Below are positions 39,471 to 49,182 of a stretch of 64,000 bases of DNA, piece after piece. A program made the translations under genes and the position numbers. Source of the stretch: Candidatus Calescibacterium sp. (lineage in GTDB: Bacteria > Calescibacteriota > Calescibacteriia > Calescibacteriales > Calescibacteriaceae); NCBI GenBank assembly GCA_025060505.1, contig JANXBU010000003.1, positions 47,124 to 111,123 of the forward strand. The letters run 5' to 3'. The notes below the pieces were generated by a model. It worked only from the letters and a program-made list of their open reading frames with translations, was not told the origin of the DNA and did no database searches. How positions within the stretch are numbered: the stretch's first letter is position 1; every line of letters begins with the position of its first letter.

Positions 39471-39989
39471 ATGTGGCTTATGAGTCGTATTAGTAGGTGT
39501 TTTTTGGTCTTTTTTTTATTTCCGTATTTTATATTAGCACAGGCAAATGCAGATGTTCAAACATTTCAGATTCGGGAGAAGCTTCTTAATCATCAAGAGA
39601 GAATAGGGCAGGTGTTAGGATTTTGGGCCCTGGGAAGCATCGGAGTTGGTATATATCAGATTACAACTGGAAAAACATTTGTTCGATTTATGGGATATCA
39701 GAATGTTGCTTGGGGAGCAATTGATGGAGCGATTGCGCTATATGCGCTTTGGGACCGGAGCCGTAAGCATAAAGCAGATCCTGAATCTATTGATTGGAAG
39801 CGAGAACGGGATTTCTTTGCACGCATACTACTTATAAATGCTGGACTAGATTTACTCTATATCAGTGTTGGAGCTTTGCTTCTTACGCGTAGCAAAGATG
39901 TACGCTGGCGAGGCACAGGGGCAGGTATTCTTATACAGGGAACATTCCTTCTGCTTTTAGATAGTATCGGATACTTGCTTCTACCATAG
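39471..39989 (+). CDS. Hypothetical 4-TM membrane protein with atypical (higher-GC) composition.
   Basis: 172 aa with about 4 hydrophobic segments. Local GC is clearly above the flanks, and Arg is encoded by CGG/CGT/CGC/CGA instead of the window-wide AGA/AGG. Confidence 0.55.
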   Translation: MWLMSRISRCFLVFFLFPYFILAQANADVQTFQIREKLLNHQERIGQVLGFWALGSIGVGIYQITTGKTFVRFMGYQNVAWGAIDGAIALYALWDRSRKHKADPESIDWKRERDFFARILLINAGLDLLYISVGALLLTRSKDVRWRGTGAGILIQGTFLLLLDSIGYLLLP

Positions 39990-40185
39990 TTATAGCTGTT
40001 GGATTATAGATCTTAACTTCTTTGCTGAAAAACTCTGTATCAGCTATGCAGAAGTATAACTGAAATACTGAAGAGAATTGAAAGCTTTAGCCAACAATTA
40101 TAACTTTTGTTATTTCTCTTATTTATTGCAAATATTTTGTCTGCTATTTTTTATTTTTTTAAGCTTTTGTATAAAAAATAGATTT

Positions 40186-41040
40186 ATGCCCTACGTCACA
40201 TCTTTTGATGGTACCAAAATACATTACGAAGTTGTTGGAAGAGGAAAAACTCCTTTATTCCTTATAATGGGTCTTGGTATGGATAAAAGAGGCTGGATTT
40301 TCCAGGTTCCATATCTCTCTGATGATTTTCTTATTTTTCTTGTCGATAACCGAGGGATAGGAAATTCAGACATACCGGAAGGTTTCTTCTCTACCGCAGA
40401 TATGGCTCAAGACATATACGAGATAATGAAAAAGGAAGGTATTCAAAAAGCAAACTTTGTTGGTATATCTATGGGAGGTATGATTTTGCAGAAATTTGCA
40501 TCAAAATACAAAGACATGGTCAACAAACTCGTTCTTGTTTGCACACTCCATAAGCTTGATGATCACGAAAAACAACTTATAAGAGATGGACTCAAATTTG
40601 CAAAAGGAATTGAGGTTGATAAAATAGATGAGAATATCTTGAAACAATACATTAACATGCTTCTTGATACAGACCCAGAAAGAGTGTTGAGATACATTTC
40701 AAAAAATCTTTTCTCAAAAGAATTTGCAAGTAATAATCTTGATTTTGTATTTGATTTCTTTGCTGACTACATAAGAAATGGTTTCAAAGTTAAGGGTTTT
40801 CTGAAACAACTTTACGCTGTCCTGGAGCACGATTCAACGGAAGATCTGAAAGAAATAAAATCAGATACTCTGGTTCTTACAGGTGATGCTGATAGGATGG
40901 TTCCTGTTTGGAAATCTGAGTTTATAGCAAAGAACATTCCATCAGCAAAACTCAAAATAATAAAGGGTGGTTCCCATGCTCTTAATTTTGAGAGATATGA
41001 AGAGTTCAATAAAGATATCAGAGATTTTATTCTTTCATAA
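40186..41040 (+). CDS. Alpha/beta-hydrolase fold protein. Start at MPYV; the ORF-track entry begins at 40078.
   Basis: HYEVVGRGKTPLFLIMGLG..., nucleophile elbow GISMGG, and the C-terminal GGSHALNFE. Confidence 0.8.
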   Translation: MPYVTSFDGTKIHYEVVGRGKTPLFLIMGLGMDKRGWIFQVPYLSDDFLIFLVDNRGIGNSDIPEGFFSTADMAQDIYEIMKKEGIQKANFVGISMGGMILQKFASKYKDMVNKLVLVCTLHKLDDHEKQLIRDGLKFAKGIEVDKIDENILKQYINMLLDTDPERVLRYISKNLFSKEFASNNLDFVFDFFADYIRNGFKVKGFLKQLYAVLEHDSTEDLKEIKSDTLVLTGDADRMVPVWKSEFIAKNIPSAKLKIIKGGSHALNFERYEEFNKDIRDFILS

Positions 41041-41051
41041 AATTCAAGGAA

Positions 41052-42392
41052 GTGCGTTATGTTTGTCAGATCTGTGGATTCGTTTCTCCACGCTGGTTTG
41101 GAAAATGTCCTAACTGCGGTAGTTGGAACACTTTTGTAGAAGAAATAGAGGAGCGTAGGACAACAAAAAAACAAAAATCCAGTAAAAGTTCAACAACACA
41201 AGAAAACAAGATCATTCCTGCAGATAAGGTAACGCTACTTCCAGAAGAATTTAGATTAAAATCAGGAATTTCAGAGTTTGATAGAGTTCTCGGCGGAGGT
41301 ATAGTCCAGAGCTCTGTTATACTCATAAGTGGAGAGCCAGGTGTTGGAAAATCTACACTTCTTCTGCAAGTAGCTTCAAAAATATCAGATAAAGGAAAGG
41401 TTATCTATGCATCATCAGAGGAATCACCTGTTCAAATCGTTTCACGTCTGAGAAGATTGAAGGAAAAATTAAATAGCAACCTTTATGTGTGCTTTGAAAA
41501 CAATGCTGAAAGAGCTTTTGACCAAGTGTCAAGTTTAGGTGATGTTTCATTTGTGATACTTGATTCAATCCAGAGTTTTTATTCTGATGAGCTTGAATCT
41601 GCTCCAGGAACTGTTTCTCAGGTCAGACATATTGCTATAATGTGTCAGGAATTTGCAAGATCAAAGAAAATCCCAATAGTTATAGTCGGACATGTAACAA
41701 AAGAGGGTGTGGTTGCTGGGCCGAAAACACTTGAGCATATTGTTGATGTTGTTTTGTATATTGAGCCAGAAGGTATGTGGAGAGTTCTCAGAGCAACGAA
41801 AAATAGGTTTGGTTCAACAGGTGAGATCGGGTTTTTCGTTATGTCTGAGTCCGGACTACAAGAAGTGCAGAATCCAAATCTCTTTGATTTAGATATTCTT
41901 TCAATTCCCGGAGCAAGTTTATCTTGCGTTATGGAAGGAAGCAGACTCTATGTTGTTGAAGTTCAGGCTCTTGTTTCTAAAACACATTTCCCTGTGCCAA
42001 GAAGATCTGCTCAAGGTTATGATATACTGAGACTAAATAACATAATCACAGTTCTTGAAAAATTTGTTGGACTTACACTCTATGACAAAGATGTTCTCGT
42101 GAACATTGCAGGAGGAATAAGAGTCTCAGATGTATCCGTGGACCTTGCTGTTGTATCTTCAATTGTCAGTTCATATTATGGAATACCGCTTGGAAGGCGC
42201 GTTTTTTTCGGAGAGGTTGGGCTACTCGGTGAAATAAGATCTTCCGAATTCGCTGATCAGAAAGTATCAGAAGTTGCAAAATTGAAACCCACTGAGATAA
42301 TTACTGGTAAAACAAATTCGAAGTTGGTAAAGGTTTTCTACAATCTAAAAGATTTCTGTGCATATATTTCAAAACTCCCAAAAATTTCGTAA
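41052..42392 (+). CDS. radA: DNA repair protein RadA/Sms.
   Basis: N-terminal zinc finger (CQICGFVSPRWFGKCPNCGSW), RecA-like Walker A (GEPGVGKSTLLLQ), KNRFG motif, and a C-terminal Lon-like domain. Confidence 0.9.
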   Translation: MRYVCQICGFVSPRWFGKCPNCGSWNTFVEEIEERRTTKKQKSSKSSTTQENKIIPADKVTLLPEEFRLKSGISEFDRVLGGGIVQSSVILISGEPGVGKSTLLLQVASKISDKGKVIYASSEESPVQIVSRLRRLKEKLNSNLYVCFENNAERAFDQVSSLGDVSFVILDSIQSFYSDELESAPGTVSQVRHIAIMCQEFARSKKIPIVIVGHVTKEGVVAGPKTLEHIVDVVLYIEPEGMWRVLRATKNRFGSTGEIGFFVMSESGLQEVQNPNLFDLDILSIPGASLSCVMEGSRLYVVEVQALVSKTHFPVPRRSAQGYDILRLNNIITVLEKFVGLTLYDKDVLVNIAGGIRVSDVSVDLAVVSSIVSSYYGIPLGRRVFFGEVGLLGEIRSSEFADQKVSEVAKLKPTEIITGKTNSKLVKVFYNLKDFCAYISKLPKIS

Positions 42393-42399
42393 TGTTTAT

Positions 42400-43308
42400 T
42401 CAGGAGCTAATCACATTGATTTCTTTGTTCTGAACATTTTGGCTGTTTGATCTGAGACTCTTGAAAATTCCATACTCTTCAAAAACTTTGTCAGCGATGT
42501 AAGAGCTTCTTACATTTGGACCAACTACTGCGAAGAATCCAAGAGATTTACAGTAATCTTCTAAATCTTTCCACTTATCAAACATTTCTATGACATTTTG
42601 GTTTCTTGATTTTGTTGGTTGAAAATATTGTCCAACAGTTATTATGTCACAATCTGATTCAAGCTTTATTATTCTTACAGCTTCAAGAATTTCACTGTAT
42701 TCTTCACCAAGTCCAACAATCAAAGATGTTTTTGTTATAAAACCTTTTGATTTTGCGTATCTGAGGAGCTCAACTGATTTTCTAAAATCTCCCCAAGGTC
42801 TTACACTCGGATATAGCCTTGGAACTGTTTCTATGTTGTGCGCGAAAATTTCAGGTTTTGCATCAAGAACTATATCTATTTTGTCTTTATGGTAGTTCAG
42901 ATCTGGTGAAAGTATTTCTACTTCGCATCCGATACTTTTCAAAGACCTTATACATTTTGCAAGGTGATTGGCTCCAAAATCTTCAAGATCATCTCTGTTG
43001 ACAGATGTGAGGACTACGAATTTGAGACCCATCTCTAGGACAGATTTTTTGAGTTTTTCTGGTTCTTCTGGATCCAAGGGCGGAGGGTTTTTACTAGTTC
43101 TTATACCACAAAAAGAGCAGTGTCTTGTGCAGAAACTTCCCATAAGCAAAAATGTTGCTGTGTGATTCCCACCGAAGCATTCAGATATGTTTGGACAAAA
43201 AGATTCTTCACAGACAGTATGAAGATTATACTTTCTCAAAATTGTTTTTATTCTGTGTGTTTCTTTCAAGTTGAGTTTTGGTTTTATTGAACTGGAGAGC
43301 ATAGCCAT
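42400..43308 (-). CDS. lipA: Lipoyl synthase.
   Basis: CEESFCPNISECFG and the radical-SAM CTRHCSFC motif. Confidence 0.9.
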   Translation of the reverse strand: MAMLSSSIKPKLNLKETHRIKTILRKYNLHTVCEESFCPNISECFGGNHTATFLLMGSFCTRHCSFCGIRTSKNPPPLDPEEPEKLKKSVLEMGLKFVVLTSVNRDDLEDFGANHLAKCIRSLKSIGCEVEILSPDLNYHKDKIDIVLDAKPEIFAHNIETVPRLYPSVRPWGDFRKSVELLRYAKSKGFITKTSLIVGLGEEYSEILEAVRIIKLESDCDIITVGQYFQPTKSRNQNVIEMFDKWKDLEDYCKSLGFFAVVGPNVRSSYIADKVFEEYGIFKSLRSNSQNVQNKEINVISS

Positions 43309-43340
43309 ACTATATTCTCATCATTTTATCTTTTTTAATT

Positions 43341-43901
43341 ATGTTGTGTAAATTCGTAATTTACGATTTGTTTATGGAGGGAGCATTAGAGGTTTTTTTC
43401 GTAAATTCTAATTTTTCAGACCTTGAAGTAGATACTGTGTTTGATGTTGTTGAGTCCTTGGGCTACACACCAGAGGATAAAGGGTATATAAGTCTACCAC
43501 GAGATTCTTATTCTTCTGAAAGAAGTCAATACAATGCAGGCATGATTTTGAAGTATGTTTCTTATCTGAGGAAAGGGAAAGCTCTTGCAGTTGTAAAAGA
43601 AGATATATATTTTCAAAACCTTAATTTCGTTTTCGGTATCGCATCTCCAACTGCGAAAATTGCTCTTGTTTCTTTTGTTAGGTTGAATCCTGAGTTCTAT
43701 GGATATCCTTTTGATAAAGATAAATACGTCATCAGGATAAAGAAGGAAATTATTCACGAGCTTGGGCATCTTGAAGGACTTGTTCATTGTAATACTTCCG
43801 GATGTGTTATGAACTTTTCAAATTCCATATCCGATGTTGATCTGAAATCAGATAGATTTTGTGCCACTTGCCTGAAACAACTTGGTAAATCGTATTACTG
43901 A
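43341..43901 (+). CDS. Archaemetzincin-family zinc metallopeptidase.
   Basis: HELGHLEGLVHCNTSGCVMNF...DRFCATC matches the HExxHxxGx3Cx4CxMx17CxxC signature. Confidence 0.8.
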   Translation: MLCKFVIYDLFMEGALEVFFVNSNFSDLEVDTVFDVVESLGYTPEDKGYISLPRDSYSSERSQYNAGMILKYVSYLRKGKALAVVKEDIYFQNLNFVFGIASPTAKIALVSFVRLNPEFYGYPFDKDKYVIRIKKEIIHELGHLEGLVHCNTSGCVMNFSNSISDVDLKSDRFCATCLKQLGKSYY

Positions 43902-43928
43902 TCTTTGTGTATGTATAATATCTTCATT

Positions 43929-44000
43929 GGGCGTGTAGCTCAGTGGTAGAGCGCTGCTCTCACAAGGCAGAGGTCGGAGGTTCGATTCCTCCCACGCCCA
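43929..44000 (+). tRNA. tRNA-Val (anticodon CAC), no encoded CCA.
   Basis: Acceptor GGGCGTG/CACGCCC, D-arm GCTC-AGTGGTA-GAGC, anticodon loop CUCACAA, T-arm GGAGG-TTCGATT-CCTCC. Confidence 0.8.
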
Positions 44001-44106
44001 CTAAACGAAACTGCGTTCATCAAAATTCTGGCAAAAATTCTTCTCAGAACTATATAAATCTGGAAAGGATTTCTACATAAGATCCGGCTACGGTTCATTA
44101 TCTTCT

Positions 44107-44700
44107 TTGCAATACAGGATACAAAAAGTGAAAGATATAAGAGAAAAATTCTGTTTGTATGGAAATATACTTGATGTAGGATGCGGTATAGGGAATTTTG
44201 TTGAATGTCTTGATGGAAAATATTTTGGAGTTGATTTTTCGTATGATTCCGTAAGGGAACACAGAGGAAAGCACAGAAAACCAGTTGCTGTTGGAGATGC
44301 TCAGAATCTTCCTTTCAAAGAGAAAGTTTTCTCATTCGTGAATGCTGTTGAAGTGGCACAATATATGGAAAACCACAGAATTTTTATCAAAGAAATATCA
44401 AGAGTTATGAAAAATGATGGAATTGCTATTGTGATCTCACCAAATCCGGACTCAATATTCTGGATCGTTCGTCAGAAAATAAGAGGCAAATCCCCACTCA
44501 ACTTTGTTAAATTAACAGAAATTATTGAATATGCGAAAAATTCATCACTTGAAGTTGTGTATATAGACGGAATATTTCCTATTCCATTCTGGAAGATTTT
44601 TGATAGATTCTTTCAGATTTTTATCCCGAAATTCTTGAAAGTATATTTTGTTGTGTTTTTCTCAAAATCATTCGTTATGGTTTTTAGAAAAAAATCTTGA
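44107..44700 (+). CDS. Class I SAM-dependent methyltransferase.
   Basis: Motif I ILDVGCGIGNF and motif post-I/II region (GDAQNLPFKEKVFSFV), Methyltransf_11-like. Confidence 0.7.
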   Translation: MQYRIQKVKDIREKFCLYGNILDVGCGIGNFVECLDGKYFGVDFSYDSVREHRGKHRKPVAVGDAQNLPFKEKVFSFVNAVEVAQYMENHRIFIKEISRVMKNDGIAIVISPNPDSIFWIVRQKIRGKSPLNFVKLTEIIEYAKNSSLEVVYIDGIFPIPFWKIFDRFFQIFIPKFLKVYFVVFFSKSFVMVFRKKS

Positions 44701-44751
44701 AACCTTTTTGTATTTCAAGAAAAGTGATCATTGCTGGAAGTAAGAGACAAA

Positions 44752-45438
44752 TTATTTGAATATTTTGTTCAGAAGATTTTTGGATAGTTTCTTCAAATTG
44801 TCAAAGACCTCATCTTTTTGATTTTTGAGATTTTCTGTTGATATTCCTTCATCTGCAAGTTCTTTTTCATATTCCTCTGCCCAATGCTTTATCATTTTCT
44901 TCCCGACTTCAAGGTGAAACTGTATTCCCACTGCTTTTCCAAAAACAAAAGTTTGGTTTTCATATAAGGAAGACGAAAATACTCTCTGTGCTCCTTTTGG
45001 TAGATCAAATGTATCGCCATGCCAATGGAAAGCCGTAAACCTCTGAGGAAAATCGTCAAATAATTTGTGTTCACCGGTCTTAAAGACATCATACCACCCT
45101 ATTTCTTTTTTGTGTCCCTTGAATACTCTTGCTCCAAGAACATAAGCCAGGATCTGGGATCCAAGACATATACCCATTATAGGTTTTTCTGTTTCCAATG
45201 AGTATTCAGCAACAAGAAAACTATTTTTTAGAAAAGGATATCTTTCATACTCATACACGCCCATATATCCTCCGAGTATAATGAATCCATCGAAGTTTTT
45301 GAGTTGTGATTTCTCAATATCGTTTTTCCATACATCAAGATATAAGAATTTGAGCCCGATTTCATTCAAGATTTCTTCAAACTCCCCAAGACCCTCTATT
45401 TCTACATGTCTTACTGCGAGGATCTCTTTCATTATCAA
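44752..45438 (-). CDS. Class I glutamine amidotransferase-like protein.
   Basis: GATase1 nucleophile elbow PIMGICLGSQ and a His/Glu region (FHWHGDTF, IQFHLE). Confidence 0.8.
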   Translation of the reverse strand: MIMKEILAVRHVEIEGLGEFEEILNEIGLKFLYLDVWKNDIEKSQLKNFDGFIILGGYMGVYEYERYPFLKNSFLVAEYSLETEKPIMGICLGSQILAYVLGARVFKGHKKEIGWYDVFKTGEHKLFDDFPQRFTAFHWHGDTFDLPKGAQRVFSSSLYENQTFVFGKAVGIQFHLEVGKKMIKHWAEEYEKELADEGISTENLKNQKDEVFDNLKKLSKNLLNKIFK

Positions 45439-45531
45439 TATTTTTATTGAATGTTAAAGCTTTTGAAAATTTATGCAAATTTTAGATTCGGTAGTTTTGA
45501 CAACACATTACTTTAAAGTTTATAATTCTAT

Positions 45532-46122
45532 ATGATGGTTGAGAAAGAAAGATACCTTGTTTTTCATATAGATGATAAAATATTTGCAATAGATATAGAC
45601 AGGGTAAAGAAAGTTATAAAAGAAAAAGGAGATAGTTTGAGGATAACAGGACTTGACCAAGCTCCAAAGCAGGTAATAGGAATAGCTGAGGTTGAGATAA
45701 CGCAGAATGAGAAAAAGCTTATTACATTTATTGATTTCAAAAGTCTTTCTGGTGTAAAAACTTTCCTTCAAGAATACGACAACATCTACGATCAGGATTC
45801 GGAGAAAACTAATGATTCAAAAGGAAAGCAATTGATGGATTCTGAAAAAATGGAGGAAGGAGAGAAAATTTATGATATGTTGAGAAGAAGGGTTTTTGTT
45901 ATAATATCTCATCCTGAGAAAGAGAATTACATAGGCATACTTGTTAATAGGGTTGAGGGTATAAGTGATTTCATAAATGGAAAGAATGCCTATTTTTATG
46001 AGGCTCCTAACATAAGGGGGGTCAAAGATCTTTTTACTCATGTTATAATTTCATATCCAACAGAAAAAAAGATATTTGTTATAAAGACAGAGAAGATATT
46101 TGAAATGAGCGGAGTTGATTGA
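45532..46122 (+). CDS. CheW-like domain protein with a ~50-aa charged insertion.
   Basis: YLVFHIDDKIFAIDIDRVKKVI, RRVFVIISHPEKENYIGILVNRVEGI and KIFVIKTEKIF align to the CheW beta-strands. A D/E/K-rich insert lies between the subdomains. Confidence 0.55.
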   Translation: MMVEKERYLVFHIDDKIFAIDIDRVKKVIKEKGDSLRITGLDQAPKQVIGIAEVEITQNEKKLITFIDFKSLSGVKTFLQEYDNIYDQDSEKTNDSKGKQLMDSEKMEEGEKIYDMLRRRVFVIISHPEKENYIGILVNRVEGISDFINGKNAYFYEAPNIRGVKDLFTHVIISYPTEKKIFVIKTEKIFEMSGVD

Positions 46123-46512
46123 CTTCTGAAAGATTCATAAATAACTTGTCTTTATATTTCATCTATAATGATTTGTATTGATCTTTTAAGCTATATCTGG
46201 TTTTTTCACAGCAAAAAGAAAAGATTATTTTCATTGAATTTTGATTTTGTGGGATGAAGTCGGTTTTTTGTGATTATGAAACTTGTGATGTGAATGATTT
46301 GTTTTTTCCGGTCTATGCTTTGATTATAGAAATTTTGACCGACTGTGTATATGTTAATTTTGGGAAAGATATACCACTTAAAAAACTATTGAATGCAGAA
46401 TGTATGATTGTAAAAACAAATACTTTATTTTGAGACCAGATGATTCGGAGCAAAGGTGAATTAAAATATTGGTAAAAATTAAATTCGTAACTGAAAACTA
46501 AATTTTTATGAT

Positions 46513-46767
46513 ATGACCGATAAGGAATTCAATGATATAATAGAGAAGTTATCAAGAGTTTGGAGAAAAAGTTTTTCGGAAACTCTGAGAGATCTTTGCA
46601 ATGAAGCTGGTATAAGTTTTAGACTTATTCTGAATAATGATGAAAAAAAAGAGATAGTCAAGAGAATTTTGGAGAAGAAAGAATCTGAGAGTATAATTCC
46701 TAGTGAGAAACATAATGAGATTTTAAGTTGGGTAAATAAGAGGAGGGGAAAGAGGCAATCTGAATAA
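46513..46767 (+). CDS. Small charged protein with a possible HTH segment. Hypothetical, doubtful.
   Basis: 84 aa, K/E-rich. ETLRDLCNEAGISFRLI is HTH-like. No SD was seen. A same-size antisense ORF exists, so the coding call is weak. Confidence 0.25.
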   Translation: MTDKEFNDIIEKLSRVWRKSFSETLRDLCNEAGISFRLILNNDEKKEIVKRILEKKESESIIPSEKHNEILSWVNKRRGKRQSE

Positions 46768-46871
46768 AAAGTTGAGCTTTGATTCATATCGGAAGAGAAT
46801 CAGTAAGAAGAATAGAAAGTATGACAGGGAGTATAAGTAAAACAGACAATATGATTCATAAAATTTGAGTT

Positions 46872-48248
46872 GTGGAAAGATTTCTCAGAAGAATAAAGTC
46901 TGCTTTTGAAAATAAGTTATTATATCAAACTTTCAAACTTTCCTATGTGGCAACTTTATCTGTTGTTGTTTCAAATATACACAATCTTTTTGGAACTGTT
47001 ATGGTTGGCCATGTTGGAGCAGATTCGGTTGAGCAAGTTTCTGCTATGGGTGTCGCTCTGATTATTTTATTACTTTTTTCTTCTCCAATGAATTCCTTCG
47101 GTTCAGCTTCTCAATCAATAATTTCAAGGTTTTGGGGAGCTGGGGATAGAAAACAAGCTCTTATCTCATTCAAGTCAGCTATGATTGCTAGTTTTATCGT
47201 TAGCGTAATTTTGAGTGCCCTTGTTTTCATCATAGGAGATAAAATAATTGCTATATCATCTACAAACAGTAAGGTCAGAGACTATGCGATGAAGTTTTTG
47301 ATGATAAGAGTTATAGGTTTTCCTTTCTCAGCTGTTTCTTTTGTAATAAGAGGATTTTTTGACGCTATCGGAAAACCAAAAGAACATCTCAAATTTAATC
47401 TATATTCAACTCTTGTTTGTATTATACTTTCTCCTTTTTTTATATTTGGAATATTTTTTCCAAGACTAGAGCTTTATGGTTTTGCTTTAGCTTCTTCTAT
47501 ATCTGGATTTGTCGCAATGTTTCTTGGACTTGTTTATGTAAAAGATTATATATTTCAAAATTTTTCTGTTGATGATATAAAACAGGAGTCTTATTTGAAG
47601 ATTTTGACTTCTTTTTTATTTAAGAATCTCAAAGTATCAATCCCTGCCTTGGGAGCTCAGTTTATTGCTGTAACTACTTTTATTCTCTTTATGAGAGCTT
47701 CTGAATCCGAAGGGGTTGAGCATCAAGCAGCTACTTTTATACTTGTGAATATAATAAGTTTGTTTCTGTTGCCATCTTTTGCCATAGGAACAACTCTTGC
47801 TGCATTTTGTGGAAGACTCATAGGTGATGGAAAAACAAAAAAGGCAAAAAAAATCATATATGACGCTGTTATAGTTGTTGCTGTATTCGCTTCGTTTATA
47901 TCTTTGATTTTCTTTTTATTCTCTTATCAGATCATCGATGGTTTTTCAAACGATGATATGGTCATAGATGTTGGAGGTAAAGTTATGAGAATATTTTCTC
48001 CCGGTTTATTTTTTCTTGTATCCGGTATGATCCTTATAAATACTCTTATAGGTATAGGGGATACAAAATTCGTTATAATTCTTGAATTTATAGCTCACTT
48101 TCTTATACTTATTCCTTCTCTTATTTTTGTGGGAATATTTTTGAGAGCAAACTCCATTTATATATGGCTTATAGTTTCTCTTTACTTTGCTATCGTTTTC
48201 TCTGCTTCCTTCATAAGATTGAATAAATTAGAATTTAAAGAGATATAA
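46872..48248 (+). CDS. MATE-family efflux transporter.
   Basis: 12 TM helices. The N-terminal MATE motif region VGHVGADSVEQVSAMGVA...SRFWGAGDRKQA. Confidence 0.8.
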   Translation: MERFLRRIKSAFENKLLYQTFKLSYVATLSVVVSNIHNLFGTVMVGHVGADSVEQVSAMGVALIILLLFSSPMNSFGSASQSIISRFWGAGDRKQALISFKSAMIASFIVSVILSALVFIIGDKIIAISSTNSKVRDYAMKFLMIRVIGFPFSAVSFVIRGFFDAIGKPKEHLKFNLYSTLVCIILSPFFIFGIFFPRLELYGFALASSISGFVAMFLGLVYVKDYIFQNFSVDDIKQESYLKILTSFLFKNLKVSIPALGAQFIAVTTFILFMRASESEGVEHQAATFILVNIISLFLLPSFAIGTTLAAFCGRLIGDGKTKKAKKIIYDAVIVVAVFASFISLIFFLFSYQIIDGFSNDDMVIDVGGKVMRIFSPGLFFLVSGMILINTLIGIGDTKFVIILEFIAHFLILIPSLIFVGIFLRANSIYIWLIVSLYFAIVFSASFIRLNKLEFKEI

Positions 48249-48970
48249 TGAATTGGGGTATCCGTGATCTCAAATGGGAAACTGAAGCATCTGGAATAAA
48301 ATTCGGAGAAATTGTTTTTAGCGGAAGCGATTTTTCTCAAAAAGTGAATCCAATTTCCGATTTACATAGATACAATTATATAGTCGCAAGGTTAAATCCA
48401 GAAGACTTAAATTTCGTTGAAAAGTTATATTTCCTGTTCTCTGAAAAATTCAGTTTGTCTGATACATTCGCTGTAATAAGTATGAAGATTCCTCGATTTG
48501 GAAGAGAGAATTTTTCTAGGTGGAATGATTACTGTATCTTAAACGGAAAAGATTTGACTTCTCGAGAGGAACTTTTAAACCAAGCCATGACTAAAATGAA
48601 AGTTTCCAGATACTTTAACGAGCTTCCTTATCAAATAGCAGAAAAGATTTACAGAAGGTGGCTGAATGAAATCATAGATCGTGGTGTATCTTTTGTATTT
48701 TTGGAAAGATCAAATTTTAAGATTAAAGGTTTTTTAGGATTCATGGTAGAATCTGGTAGAGCTAAAAACTTTATATTATTCGGTGAAGGTATCAGTTTTG
48801 TTTTTCTTATAAAACATTTTGTAAATTTTGGATCAGATCAGGGAATTAAGGATATGGAATTCAAAATAAGTTTGAAAAATCTCAGGGCTCTTAGGGTTAT
48901 ATCAAGGTGGATCAGAAACATAGAACACCAAATAAATTTTGAACTTGTTTTCTCAAAGATAAACATATGA
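48248..48970 (+). CDS. Hypothetical protein, translationally coupled (TAATG) to the MATE gene. Possible acyltransferase-like fold.
   Basis: 240 aa, no confident motif. Followed by a strong intrinsic terminator. Confidence 0.55.
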   Translation: MNWGIRDLKWETEASGIKFGEIVFSGSDFSQKVNPISDLHRYNYIVARLNPEDLNFVEKLYFLFSEKFSLSDTFAVISMKIPRFGRENFSRWNDYCILNGKDLTSREELLNQAMTKMKVSRYFNELPYQIAEKIYRRWLNEIIDRGVSFVFLERSNFKIKGFLGFMVESGRAKNFILFGEGISFVFLIKHFVNFGSDQGIKDMEFKISLKNLRALRVISRWIRNIEHQINFELVFSKINI

Positions 48971-48976
48971 ATCTTT

Positions 48977-49001
48977 TTCTTATTCAATAAGAACCTTTTT
49001 T
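48977..49001 (+). terminator. Rho-independent terminator (TTCTTAT-TCAA-ATAAGAA + CCTTTTTT).
   Basis: Perfect 7-8 bp stem and a T6 run directly after the stop of the 48248..48970 gene. Confidence 0.6.
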
Positions 49002-49182
49002 CTTATTTCTGAATCAATTTTCTAAATAAAGCGCGTGATTTTTATGAATAACACAAATATGTCTCAATCATAGAATCTTTTATTTCATCATTTTTGAATT
49101 TTTTATTCTGGGAAGATTTGATTTTCTGATAAACTTAACAAAGAATCGTCTTTTTGTTCTTGTACTGTTTCCTTGATTAATA

